Assembly (NCBI GenBank): GCA_039933105.1
Contig: JBDTOT010000012.1
Span: 41,202 to 105,201 of the forward strand
Direction: 5' to 3'
DNA: 64,000 nt
From: Gammaproteobacteria bacterium
GTDB taxonomy: Bacteria; Pseudomonadota; Gammaproteobacteria; Steroidobacterales; Rariloculaceae
Shown here: positions 1 to 8,792 of the stretch, in pieces
How the letters are laid out: each line of letters opens with the position of its first letter
Position numbering within the stretch: the first letter of the stretch is position 1
The notes under the pieces: generated by a model
The model's database searches: none
What the model saw: only the letters and a program-made list of their open reading frames with translations
Told to the model about the DNA's origin: nothing
Translations under genes and position numbers: made by a program

Positions 1-49
1 AGGCCGATGGTTAAAGTCGTCGTCGTTCGCAAGCGCATGGTTCCTCCCA

Positions 50-529
50 TTACTTCCACGCCTCGACCGCTTTGCGTTGCAGCGAGTCGGGGCCAATTTC
101 CATGATCTCGAGCGCCACGCCGTCCGGGTCGGCGATCCGGCCGACACGCGCCTTGGAAATGCCTACCGTCGGGTCGTCGAGCTTGAATCCCCGCTTACGC
201 AAATTCGCGATGCTCGCGACGACGTCGTTCGTTTCGACGCCAACGTGCGTGATCCCGGTCGGCGCGCCCGCGGCGGCGGGCAGTAGCTCGACGAACGTGT
301 CGCGGGAGAGCTGCAAATACGTGAGGCGCACGCTGCCGTCCGGGTTCTTGACCGTGAACGCCTCTTTCGCGCCCAGCGTGTCCTTGTAGAACTTCAGAGC
401 GGCATCGTAATTCTTGGTGCTGATACCGATGTGATTGATGCCGCGCCGCGCATCGTCCTGCGCGGTGCTGACTTGTAGCGCCAGCGCTCCGACCACGACG
501 CCGCAGACGAAGAGAATCGTGCTTTTCAT
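50..529 (-). CDS. VOC/glyoxalase-family protein with N-terminal signal peptide
   Basis: INHIGI...VELL and ITHVGV...DPDGVALEIME metal-binding motifs; hydrophobic N-terminus ending STA-Q. Confidence 0.85.
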   Translation of the reverse strand: MKSTILFVCGVVVGALALQVSTAQDDARRGINHIGISTKNYDAALKFYKDTLGAKEAFTVKNPDGSVRLTYLQLSRDTFVELLPAAAGAPTGITHVGVETNDVVASIANLRKRGFKLDDPTVGISKARVGRIADPDGVALEIMEIGPDSLQRKAVEAWK

Positions 530-624
530 TGGACCCCCATGCCGATGCGAGCCGGCGCCGCACTGAGCGGCACTATGCGCCGGATTGTACGGCTAATCGG
601 GGGGCGCTGGCGTGTCGTTCCCGG

Positions 625-699
625 TCAGTGGACGAACAACGCGATGAGGATGATGACCGGAATCGGAACGCCGAGAACCCAAAGCAGTAATGAGCGCAT
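625..699 (-). CDS. 24-aa single-helix membrane peptide MRSLLLWVLGVPIPVIILIALFVH (below ORF-track cutoff)
   Basis: ATG at 699-697, TGA at 627-625, GGGAGAAG RBS just upstream; 31 bp downstream of the 731-1690 gene, same strand. Confidence 0.75.
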   Translation of the reverse strand: MRSLLLWVLGVPIPVIILIALFVH

Positions 700-730
700 C
701 GTTCTTCTCCCTAGGTGGTTTTGCGGCGAC

Positions 731-1690
731 TTACAGATCGCGTTGTCTGCCGCCGTAGGTGGCCGCAAGACTGCCAACGAATGCGCCGCCGAGCAGCGAG
801 ATGAATAACCACAACGCGGCGTAGCTCGATGCCTTGCGCGCTTTTTCCGCAGTTGCCTTTACGTTGTCGCTGGCCTCGCGCAGCTTCGCCTGCATGCGCG
901 CATAGGTATCAGTCACCCGCTTCTCGGCTTCCGCCCGCGACAGACCCGTGCGCTGCGCGATGATCGACCCCAAGTACCGGACATCCTCCGCGGGTAACGC
1001 GTCGGCGCCTGCGCTGCTCGCAAAAATTCGGCCCACCTCCGCGGTGGGCGGCGGCGCTGCCGCCGACGAGACCGCGGGTTCGTTCGCTCCTGCACTCGGC
1101 GTTTCTGTCGTTTCCCCGCGGAACAACGAATCGACGTAATACCCCATGGAGCTGAAGTCACCATTCGGCTTCGACATATCGGCCGACGTGGCCGCAGCGC
1201 CGGTGGCTGCGGCGGCAGCGGCGTTGACCGCTCCACTAGTGGCCGTGGCGCCCGCTTGCACACCGCCGCCGACGATCGATCCAATCACGGAGCTCAAGAG
1301 CGCGGCGGTAGCCACCGAGGCAACGGCCCAGGAGAGAAATCCATGGGCGGTATCGCGGAAATAGACTTCGTCGCCATGCACCGCCACCCACTTCGTCCGT
1401 AACCGGCCGGCGAGATAGCCGCCCACTGCCGCCGCGGCCAGCTGCGTCAGCGTGACCCACAGAATCGTCGACACGCCGAACGTGCCGGCGCTGACACTGT
1501 TCTGTGCCCACGGCGAAACGAACGCCAATCCGAGGCCGGTTCCGAGTATTAGAAGAATCAGCGACAACGCGGCGGCCGCGGCCGCGCCGGCGAGTATCGC
1601 GCCCCACGACACGGCGCTTGAGCTGGGGCCGCTAGTCGCGCCATCGAGCATCGGTAGCAAATGGTCGTGCGTCGGATTGAGTGTGCTCAT
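731..1690 (-). CDS. Conserved hypothetical multi-pass membrane protein (SAVSWGAILAGA type)
   Basis: 3-4 N-terminal hydrophobic helices, soluble middle region, C-terminal helix; GGGGG RBS-like run. Confidence 0.8.
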   Translation of the reverse strand: MSTLNPTHDHLLPMLDGATSGPSSSAVSWGAILAGAAAAAALSLILLILGTGLGLAFVSPWAQNSVSAGTFGVSTILWVTLTQLAAAAVGGYLAGRLRTKWVAVHGDEVYFRDTAHGFLSWAVASVATAALLSSVIGSIVGGGVQAGATATSGAVNAAAAAATGAAATSADMSKPNGDFSSMGYYVDSLFRGETTETPSAGANEPAVSSAAAPPPTAEVGRIFASSAGADALPAEDVRYLGSIIAQRTGLSRAEAEKRVTDTYARMQAKLREASDNVKATAEKARKASSYAALWLFISLLGGAFVGSLAATYGGRQRDL

Positions 1691-1905
1691 AAAGCCCCCT
1701 GAAGATTGAGCAGCTACGTTAGTGGCGCCATCACACCCAGGCAGCCGGACAGAGAGCCCTTAGGACGTAAGCCACGTCCCACGGTCGTGGTCATTCGAGC
1801 GCAGGACACTTCTTACAATACGACGCCCTCCTCGTACCTGCCCCCGGCCCGCGGATCGCGTAACCATGAGCTACCGAAAGTCGGGGACAGGAGAGGAGAG
1901 TCGCC

Positions 1906-2406
1906 ATGTTTGCTTACAAGACGTCATTGGTTGCCGTGCTCACGGTCGGAGCCTTGTGCGCCGGCTGCGCGGGCCATCGCACCAAAGAAGCCGGTTACAC
2001 GCGAGAAGAGGCGCGCACGAGCTCGGACCGTCGGGCCAACGAAGACAGTCCGACTGTCGATATCGCGCGAGCGCGGACTTTGATCGAGCAGGTAGAGAAA
2101 TCCGGCGGACAACAGTACGCCGCGACGGAGCTGCAAAGCGCGCGCAGCAAGATCCAACTCGCCGACACCGTCCGCGACAGTCACAAAGGCAGCCGCAAAG
2201 AGCGCGGCGCCACGGCTCGTCAACAGGCGGAGGAAGCTGTCGCCGACGCCGAACTAGCAGTCGCACTGTCGGAGCGCGGCGAGGCAGAGAAAGCCGCGAG
2301 CGCAGTCTCCGCCGGTACTGAAGCTTTGCGTCGCGAATCGGTACGCCAGGACACGAGCGACGTCCGCTCACAGGTCCCCGTCCGCCCTCTAGGAGTCGAC
2401 CGATGA
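1906..2406 (+). CDS. DUF4398-like lipoprotein
   Basis: AGGAGAG RBS; lipobox CAGC; YAATELQSARSKI...AEEAVADAELA helix pattern. Confidence 0.75.
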   Translation: MFAYKTSLVAVLTVGALCAGCAGHRTKEAGYTREEARTSSDRRANEDSPTVDIARARTLIEQVEKSGGQQYAATELQSARSKIQLADTVRDSHKGSRKERGATARQQAEEAVADAELAVALSERGEAEKAASAVSAGTEALRRESVRQDTSDVRSQVPVRPLGVDR

Positions 2407-3329
2407 ACTCGAACACTTTGAAAATATTGATGGTCACCGCCTCGTGCGCCGTTGTTCTGGGCGGCTGCAAGTCGTCGCCGGAACGCGCAGCGGATGTCGA
2501 GCGCGCACGCGTTCAGGTCAATGCACTCGCACAGGCGCCGCAAGCGGAGCAAGCCGCGAGCCGCGATCTTGCGAACGCGCGAAATTCTCTGAAGCGTGCC
2601 GAAACAGCGCTCGACGATCGCAACGAAAGCGCCACGCATCACTTCGCCTACCTGGCCACGCAGCAAGCCAAGACGGGTCTTGCGCGCGTCGGCGAGTCGC
2701 GGGCGAAGGAGCAGGTCGCGCAGGCCGAAGCGGCGCGCGCTCGAGTTCTACTCGAGTCACGTGAGCGCGAGGCCGAGGCCGCTAAGGAAGTCGCTGTTGA
2801 ACAGTCGCAGCTGGCGGACGCTCGGGCCCGGCAAGCCGAGAGTGCTCGCGACGACGCACAGCAGGCGCAAGCGAATGCGGAGCGATCGCAGGCGGATGCT
2901 GCACGCGCACGTCAGGAGCTCGAGGACTTGAAAGCGAAACGAACGGAGCGCGGCATGGTGCTGACGCTGGGCGACGTGTTATTCGATACCGCTGCCTCTG
3001 CGGTCAAACCCGGCGGCATGAGTGTGCTCGATCGCGTGTCTGTGTTTCTCAAGGACCACGATCAAGTCAGGGTCATGGTGGAAGGACACACGGACAGCCG
3101 CGGCTCGGACGAATTCAACCAACATCTCTCCGAACAGCGCGCAGAAAGCGTCGCGCAGGCGCTCGAATCGCATGGCGTGGACGCCGATCGCGTGGAGACC
3201 ATAGGGCGTGGCGAATCCATGCCGATTGCGGGTAACGACACGGTCGCCGGCCAACAGCTGAACCGTCGCGTCGAGTTGGTGTTTTCGGACGCGTCTGGCC
3301 AGTTCGCAAGCCGTACGGCCGCTCGTTAA
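2403..3329 (+). CDS. OmpA-family peptidoglycan-binding lipoprotein with DUF4398-like N-terminus
   Basis: lipobox LGGC; LTLGDVLFD, VEGHTDSRGS, LSEQRAESV, NRRVE; ATGA overlap with upstream gene. Confidence 0.9.
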   Translation: MNSNTLKILMVTASCAVVLGGCKSSPERAADVERARVQVNALAQAPQAEQAASRDLANARNSLKRAETALDDRNESATHHFAYLATQQAKTGLARVGESRAKEQVAQAEAARARVLLESREREAEAAKEVAVEQSQLADARARQAESARDDAQQAQANAERSQADAARARQELEDLKAKRTERGMVLTLGDVLFDTAASAVKPGGMSVLDRVSVFLKDHDQVRVMVEGHTDSRGSDEFNQHLSEQRAESVAQALESHGVDADRVETIGRGESMPIAGNDTVAGQQLNRRVELVFSDASGQFASRTAAR

Positions 3330-3363
3330 CTTGACTCTCAATTAGTAAGCACAGGGGAATAGC

Positions 3364-3672
3364 ATGTCGACGATCAGTAAGGCAGTGAACAGTGGTGCCA
3401 ACGGGATGAACGGATTCTTCAACGACGTCGAAGAACTGCTGGGCCATATCACGCATCTGCCGGATGCCGAAATCGCGGAACTACGCCGGAAAGTCGAATC
3501 GTCGTTGGGCGCGGCGCGTGACGCCATGGAAGGCAGCGTCCAATCGGTCGTCGATACGACGACGCGAGCGGCGAAGGCCACGGACGACCTCGTGCAAAAC
3601 AATCCGTGGAAAGCGCTTGGCGTCGCGGCAGTCGCCTGCCTTGCTCTCGGTACGCTGCTGCGTAAACATTAG
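3364..3672 (+). CDS. DUF883/ElaB/YqjD-family membrane-anchored protein
   Basis: TDDLVQNNPWKALGVAA...LGTLL C-terminal signature. Confidence 0.85.
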   Translation: MSTISKAVNSGANGMNGFFNDVEELLGHITHLPDAEIAELRRKVESSLGAARDAMEGSVQSVVDTTTRAAKATDDLVQNNPWKALGVAAVACLALGTLLRKH

Positions 3673-3777
3673 AGCTCCGTGCAGGGGCGCCAAGTCGCGC
3701 CCCTCGCTTTCTGGCAGGCGACGGCGCGTGCCGAACCCGCTACCATCTCCGCCTCGTTGCCCACGCGGAGACCAACC

Positions 3778-4326
3778 ATGCGGAGAAACCTGGGTGTCTT
3801 TACGGCATGGCTCGCTGCCGCGCTGCTCGCCTTCGGCCTGCTGGCTCAACAACCCGTTCGCGCTGCCGACTTGGACTCGCTCGCGAAACGCGTGCAAGTG
3901 CTCGAGGACCGCGAGGCGATCCGCGCGCTGATCCTTGCGTACGGCCAGGCTCACGACCACCGGGACTACAAAACATTTGCGAGCCTGTTCGCGACGAACG
4001 GTGAATGGATCGGCGGCTTAGGCTCGGCGAAGGGTCCTGACGCCATTTTCGCGCTGATGGACAAGACCATCGGCCACCACCCGATGCCAAACGGCTCGGG
4101 CACGGTCCACTTGCTGACGAACGACCAGATCGTGATCGACGGCGATCAGGCGTCGGCGGTGACGAAGTGGATCTACATCACGCCCGGTGACGACAAGGCG
4201 CCGCAGCTGGTCTACGTCGGCCACTACGACGACAAGTTTGTCCGCGAGAAAGGCGCGTGGAAGTTTCTCCGCCGCGAGGCACCGGCGGATATTCCAATCC
4301 CCGAGGCAGCGGCACCGAAGAAATAG
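3778..4326 (+). CDS. SnoaL-like/NTF2-family protein with signal peptide
   Basis: LEDREAIRALILAYG, HLLTN, GHYDDKFVREKGAWKF; start placed at ATG 3778 after GGAG. Confidence 0.8.
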   Translation: MRRNLGVFTAWLAAALLAFGLLAQQPVRAADLDSLAKRVQVLEDREAIRALILAYGQAHDHRDYKTFASLFATNGEWIGGLGSAKGPDAIFALMDKTIGHHPMPNGSGTVHLLTNDQIVIDGDQASAVTKWIYITPGDDKAPQLVYVGHYDDKFVREKGAWKFLRREAPADIPIPEAAAPKK

Positions 4327-4342
4327 AACAAGGAGCACCCCC

Positions 4343-4798
4343 ATGAGCGCACCGCCCGTACTGACTGAGCTCAAACTCTCGGCAGAGATGAAAGACGCCA
4401 TCAACAAGGCGTTCGAAGTCCAGAAGCCGATTGTCGTCGCCTACGTCGACGAGAACCATTTGCCGCAGATTTCGTACCGCGGCAGCACGCAGGCCTACAG
4501 CGACAATCAGCTGGCGATCTGGGTCCGCAACCCGGAGGGGCGATTGCTCGAATCGATCGCACAAAACCCGGCTATGGCATTGATGTACGGCAACTTTGAC
4601 CCTGCCGGGCGAGCCTTCATGACGTTGCGCGGCCGCGGGCACGTCGACAGCAGCGAGACCGTGCGCGGGAAGGTATATGACAGCGCGCACCCGTTCGAAC
4701 GCGACAAGGACAAGGACCGCAAGGGCATCGCGATCGTCATCGATCTCGACAGCGTCGACGGCTTCTTCGGCGGCGCGATGCTGAAAATGCGCCGCTGA
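4343..4798 (+). CDS. Pyridoxamine 5'-phosphate oxidase-like FMN-binding protein
   Basis: AAGGAG RBS; VAYVDENHLPQISYRGS, LRGRGHV split-barrel motifs. Confidence 0.75.
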   Translation: MSAPPVLTELKLSAEMKDAINKAFEVQKPIVVAYVDENHLPQISYRGSTQAYSDNQLAIWVRNPEGRLLESIAQNPAMALMYGNFDPAGRAFMTLRGRGHVDSSETVRGKVYDSAHPFERDKDKDRKGIAIVIDLDSVDGFFGGAMLKMRR

Positions 4799-4807
4799 GC
4801 GAGGCGC

Positions 4808-5992
4808 ATGGCGTTTCGCCTCAAAGGGGCCCGCGCGGCGGCGGTACTGATCGCCACGCTCGTCGCGCTGACCCCAGCACACGCCGCGCCGCGCCTCACA
4901 CCCGTGCCCGAAGCCGAGCGCAGCGCCGAGCAACGCGAGCTCGCCACGCGATTCGCGTCGCTCGGCATGGCAAACGCCGTGGGGACCTACTTGCGCTACC
5001 CAGCGCTGGCAGCCGCCGTGCTGCCCTACACCGAGTACCTGCTCACCGCCTCCCCGCTACCGCCGCGGGATCGCGAGATTCTGTGGCTGCGCACCGCGTG
5101 GCTCGCGCACTCGACTTATCTTTGGGCACATCGCGTTCCCGTGGCACGGCGGGTGGGACTCAGTACGGCAGAAATCGCGCGCATTGCGGTCGGCCCCGAC
5201 GATCGGAATTGGGGGACGTTCGACGCCGCACTGCTGCGCGCAGCCGACGAGCTGCACGTCGATGCGTTCATCAGCGACTCGACGTGGGAGACTCTGGCCG
5301 AGCGTTATAACGCGAATCAGCTAACCGACGTGGTCTACGGCGTCGGCGAGATCGCGATGCATGCGGACGTGGCCAACACGCTGCGAATCGAGATCGAGCC
5401 CCGCATCGCAGATCGCCCACCCTCCGCGACGCCCTACCGCGTGGCCGCTCGTCAAACGAATCAACGTCTCGTGGGCGGCGAGGCGCGCATCGCGCCACTG
5501 CCTGCGGCCCCCGGCGTGCCGGCCGCGAACGTTTTTCGCACCTTTGCCCGCAATCCGCCGGCCGACGCGCTGCGCAACGCCGTCGGCCGCCACATTCGCG
5601 ACGAGACGTCATTGACGCCACGCCACCGGGAACTGCTGATCATGCGCGTCGGCGTAGTGCGCCGTTCCGAGTACGAGTGGGCAGCCCATTCACGCATCGG
5701 CCGGCAAGTGGGCATGGACGACGCCGACGTAGCACGCATCATCGCGGGGCCCGCAAGCCCGGGAGACTCGCTCGAAACGGAACTGCTGCGTGAAGTCGAC
5801 CAGCTCAATCGCGATAACGCAGTCACCGACGACACCTGGACCGCGCTAGAGGCGAAGCTGACTGTGCCGCAGCTGCTCGATACGCTGATCACGGTGGGCG
5901 GTTTTCGCAGCGCGACGTATGCGATCAACAGCGCCGGCGTGCAACTCGACCGCAACATGACCCAGTTTCGTTTCCCGCGCGAGCTGCGCTGA
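4808..5992 (+). CDS. Tandem carboxymuconolactone decarboxylase/AhpD-like protein with signal peptide
   Basis: two repeats LPPRDREILWLRTA / LTPRHRELLIMRVG..EYEWAAH; AHA cleavage site. Confidence 0.8.
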   Translation: MAFRLKGARAAAVLIATLVALTPAHAAPRLTPVPEAERSAEQRELATRFASLGMANAVGTYLRYPALAAAVLPYTEYLLTASPLPPRDREILWLRTAWLAHSTYLWAHRVPVARRVGLSTAEIARIAVGPDDRNWGTFDAALLRAADELHVDAFISDSTWETLAERYNANQLTDVVYGVGEIAMHADVANTLRIEIEPRIADRPPSATPYRVAARQTNQRLVGGEARIAPLPAAPGVPAANVFRTFARNPPADALRNAVGRHIRDETSLTPRHRELLIMRVGVVRRSEYEWAAHSRIGRQVGMDDADVARIIAGPASPGDSLETELLREVDQLNRDNAVTDDTWTALEAKLTVPQLLDTLITVGGFRSATYAINSAGVQLDRNMTQFRFPRELR

Positions 5993-6009
5993 TCTCGCGC
6001 GAGTTCGCG

Positions 6010-6097
6010 TGCCACTTTTTCGGGCACGCACGTCGCGTGACTGGCTCTCGCACCAACCCCGAACAACTGCGCGCATCGCGCGCACATTAACCGAGCA
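6010..6097 (+). promoter_or_regulatory. NtrC-like enhancer boxes
   Basis: TGC-N11-GCA at 6010-6026 and CGC-N11-GCA at 6081-6097 (weaker one at 6049-6065), upstream of the sigma-54 promoter of a urea operon. Confidence 0.55.
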
Positions 6098-6149
6098 CTT
6101 TCTTGCGCGTCGTGAAGCGACAAGCGCGTCGCTCCGCGTTTCCCGTGCA

Positions 6150-6165
6150 TGGCACAAACATTGCT
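6150..6165 (+). promoter_or_regulatory. Sigma-54 (-24/-12) promoter of the urea operon
   Basis: TGGCAC-AAACA-TTGCT, exact consensus and spacing. Confidence 0.85.
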
Positions 6166-6240
6166 TCGTGCGTTTGGGCACAGGAGACGGGCGTAACTAC
6201 TAAAACGTAAAAACGCCCTCGGGAAAAGGAGAACCCTTCG

Positions 6241-7410
6241 ATGAAAGACTTTGAAAGAAAGGTCACGCATTCACTCGTCTTGTTGAGCAGCGCGCTGTTG
6301 GTCACGACCGCGCAAGCGGCCGGCACCATCAAAATAGATGACACACGCTCGGTGACAATCGGCGGAGGCATGCGCGCCGGCTTCGCAATGACGGAAAACG
6401 GTGCACCCAACGGCACGGACGACTCAAAAGACTTCAGTCTGCAAAGCGCACGCCTGTACGTCAGCGGTACCGCATCGGACAAGATCAAGTTCACGTTCAA
6501 CACCGAGTGCAAAGGCTGCGTGTTTGGTTCGCAGGACACTGTTGGTTCGGGCGGCGACATCGACGTGCTCGACGCGATCGCTCAGTTCGAGTTGAACCCG
6601 ATGTTCAACATCTGGGTAGGCCGCATGTTGACGCCGGCGGATCGCATCGAGATGAACGGCCCTTACTACGGCCTGTCGTGGAATCAGTACACCGTACCGC
6701 TCCTGCCGTCGGACCAAGTTGGCCAAGCGGGTCTGCTCGGTCGCGACGACGGCGTCACGGTCTGGGGCGGCGTCGGCAAGTTCGCGTATGCCGCCGGCTT
6801 GTTCAAAGGCCTGCAAGGCGGCGCGAACCAGAAGGATAGCCCGCTGTTCGCCACGCGGCTGTCGTTCTCGTTCTTGGGTAAGGAGGACAACCCCGCCTAT
6901 TACACGAGCAGTACGTACTACGGCGGCGGCGGCGACATCGCAACCCTCGGCTTCGTGTATCAGAAACAAAGTGACGGCACGGGCACCGCAGCGCAACCAG
7001 GCGACTTCGATGCGACGATCCTCGATTTCCTGTACGAGAAATCGATCGACAAAGGCAAATCGGCGTTCACCGTCGAGGCTGAATACAAGAAGTTCAACGC
7101 CGATCTGACACCTGCTGCGAAGGCGAGTGCGGGTTGCTTCTGCCTTTTCGACGGCACGTCCTACTTCGTTACCGCGGCCTACCTGCTCCCGAGCGCGGGC
7201 AAGATGAAGTGGCAGCCCTATATCCGCCACACATCGAACGAGCCGAGCACGGGCGCATCGAGCGATCTGAACGAACTCGGGTTGAACATGATCATGCGCG
7301 GCCACAACGCGCGCATGAATGTGAGCTACACGGATGGCGACGCGAACCTCTCGGGTGCGGCAGGAACCGACGCACACACGCTGTCGTTTGGCGTCCAGAT
7401 ACAGATCTAG
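6241..7410 (+). CDS. Outer-membrane porin, FmdC-like (urea/short-chain amide)
   Basis: signal peptide (AQA), amphipathic beta strands, C-terminal LSFGVQIQI, position directly before urtA. Confidence 0.75.
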   Translation: MKDFERKVTHSLVLLSSALLVTTAQAAGTIKIDDTRSVTIGGGMRAGFAMTENGAPNGTDDSKDFSLQSARLYVSGTASDKIKFTFNTECKGCVFGSQDTVGSGGDIDVLDAIAQFELNPMFNIWVGRMLTPADRIEMNGPYYGLSWNQYTVPLLPSDQVGQAGLLGRDDGVTVWGGVGKFAYAAGLFKGLQGGANQKDSPLFATRLSFSFLGKEDNPAYYTSSTYYGGGGDIATLGFVYQKQSDGTGTAAQPGDFDATILDFLYEKSIDKGKSAFTVEAEYKKFNADLTPAAKASAGCFCLFDGTSYFVTAAYLLPSAGKMKWQPYIRHTSNEPSTGASSDLNELGLNMIMRGHNARMNVSYTDGDANLSGAAGTDAHTLSFGVQIQI

Positions 7411-7438
7411 GCAACTCAACCACATTCGAGGAATAACA

Positions 7439-8734
7439 ATGAGACTCTCAAACGTATTGAAGTCATCGGTAGCGGCAGTCGTCGCTGCAGGTGCCCTGTG
7501 CGGGGGAACCGCACAGGCGCAGGAAACGATCAAGGTCGGCATCCTGCATTCACTGTCCGGCACCATGGCCATCAGCGAGACGACGCTGAAGGACACGATG
7601 CTGATGCTGATCGCCGAGCAGAACGCCAAAGGCGGCCTGCTCGGCAAGAAGCTCGAGCCCGTAGTAGTCGATCCGGCGTCGGACTGGCCTTTGTTTGCCG
7701 AGAAGGCGCGCGAGTTGCTGCAGGTGCAGAAGGTCGCCGCCGTGTTCGGCTGCTGGACCTCCGTGAGCCGCAAATCCGTGCTGCCGGTGTTCGAGGAGCT
7801 GAACGGTCTGCTCTTCTATCCGGTGCAGTACGAAGGTGAGGAGTCGTCCAAGAACGTCTTCTACACCGGCGCCGCGCCGAATCAGCAGGCAATCCCGGCC
7901 GTCGACTACCTCATGAACGAGATCAAGGTGAGGCGTTGGGTGCTCGCAGGCACGGACTACGTGTATCCGCGCACCACCAACAAGATCCTTGAGGCGTACC
8001 TGAAAGCGAAGGGCGTCGCCGATGCCGACATCATGATCAACTACACGCCGTTCGGTCACTCCGATTGGCAGTCGATCGTGGCCGAGATCAAGAAGTTCGG
8101 CTCGACGGGCAAAAAGACCGCGGTGGTGTCGACCATCAACGGTGACGCCAATGTGCCGTTCTACAAGGAACTCGGCAACCAGAAGATCTCGGCCGAGCAG
8201 ATCCCTGTCGTCGCGTTCTCGGTCGGCGAGGAAGAGCTGTCGGGCATCGACACGAAGCCGCTCGTAGGACATCTCGCCGCGTGGAACTACTTCGAGAGCG
8301 TCAAGTCGCCCGTGAACGACGCGTTCATCAAGGCGTGGAAGACGTACATCAAGAACCCCAAGCGCGTGACGAACGACCCGATGGAGGCGCATTACATCGG
8401 CTTCAACATGTGGGTCGAAGCGGTGAAGAAGGCGGGCACGACGGATCCGAAGGCCGTGCAGGCCGCGATCATCGGGGTGTCCGTGCCGAACCTGACGGGC
8501 GGTATCGCCACGATGATGCCGAACCATCACATCACGAAGCCCGTGCTGATCGGCGAGATCCAGGCCGACGGCCAGTTCGAGGTCGTGTCGAGGACGCCGG
8601 GCACGGTGGTCGGCGACGCGTGGTCGGATTTTCTCCCGGGCTCGCGCGACATCACGGCTGATTGGACGCCGCCACTGTCCTGCGGCAACTACAACGTGAA
8701 GACGGGCATGTGCTCGGGTCAGAACTACAAGTAA
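7439..8734 (+). CDS. urtA: Urea ABC transporter substrate-binding protein
   Basis: IKVGILHSLSGTMAISE, FGCWTSVSRK, YPVQYEG, GTDYVYPRTTN; GAGG RBS before ATG 7439. Confidence 0.95.
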   Translation: MRLSNVLKSSVAAVVAAGALCGGTAQAQETIKVGILHSLSGTMAISETTLKDTMLMLIAEQNAKGGLLGKKLEPVVVDPASDWPLFAEKARELLQVQKVAAVFGCWTSVSRKSVLPVFEELNGLLFYPVQYEGEESSKNVFYTGAAPNQQAIPAVDYLMNEIKVRRWVLAGTDYVYPRTTNKILEAYLKAKGVADADIMINYTPFGHSDWQSIVAEIKKFGSTGKKTAVVSTINGDANVPFYKELGNQKISAEQIPVVAFSVGEEELSGIDTKPLVGHLAAWNYFESVKSPVNDAFIKAWKTYIKNPKRVTNDPMEAHYIGFNMWVEAVKKAGTTDPKAVQAAIIGVSVPNLTGGIATMMPNHHITKPVLIGEIQADGQFEVVSRTPGTVVGDAWSDFLPGSRDITADWTPPLSCGNYNVKTGMCSGQNYK

Positions 8735-8744
8735 CTGCAACTCC

Positions 8745-8772
8745 GGGTCCGGCCCCCCGCGGGGCCGGACCC
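8745..8772 (+). other. GC-rich hairpin without U-tract after urtA (probable mRNA-stabilising/attenuating stem)
   Basis: GGGTCCGGCCCC-ccgc-GGGGCCGGACCC perfect 12-bp stem. Confidence 0.65.
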
Positions 8773-8792
8773 TCTCCTAACGAGCACGCGGG

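Noticed and set aside
6424-8740. Long minus-strand ORFs (449 aa, 396 aa)
   Set aside because: Antisense shadows of the porin and urtA, expected in high-GC coding DNA; no motifs.
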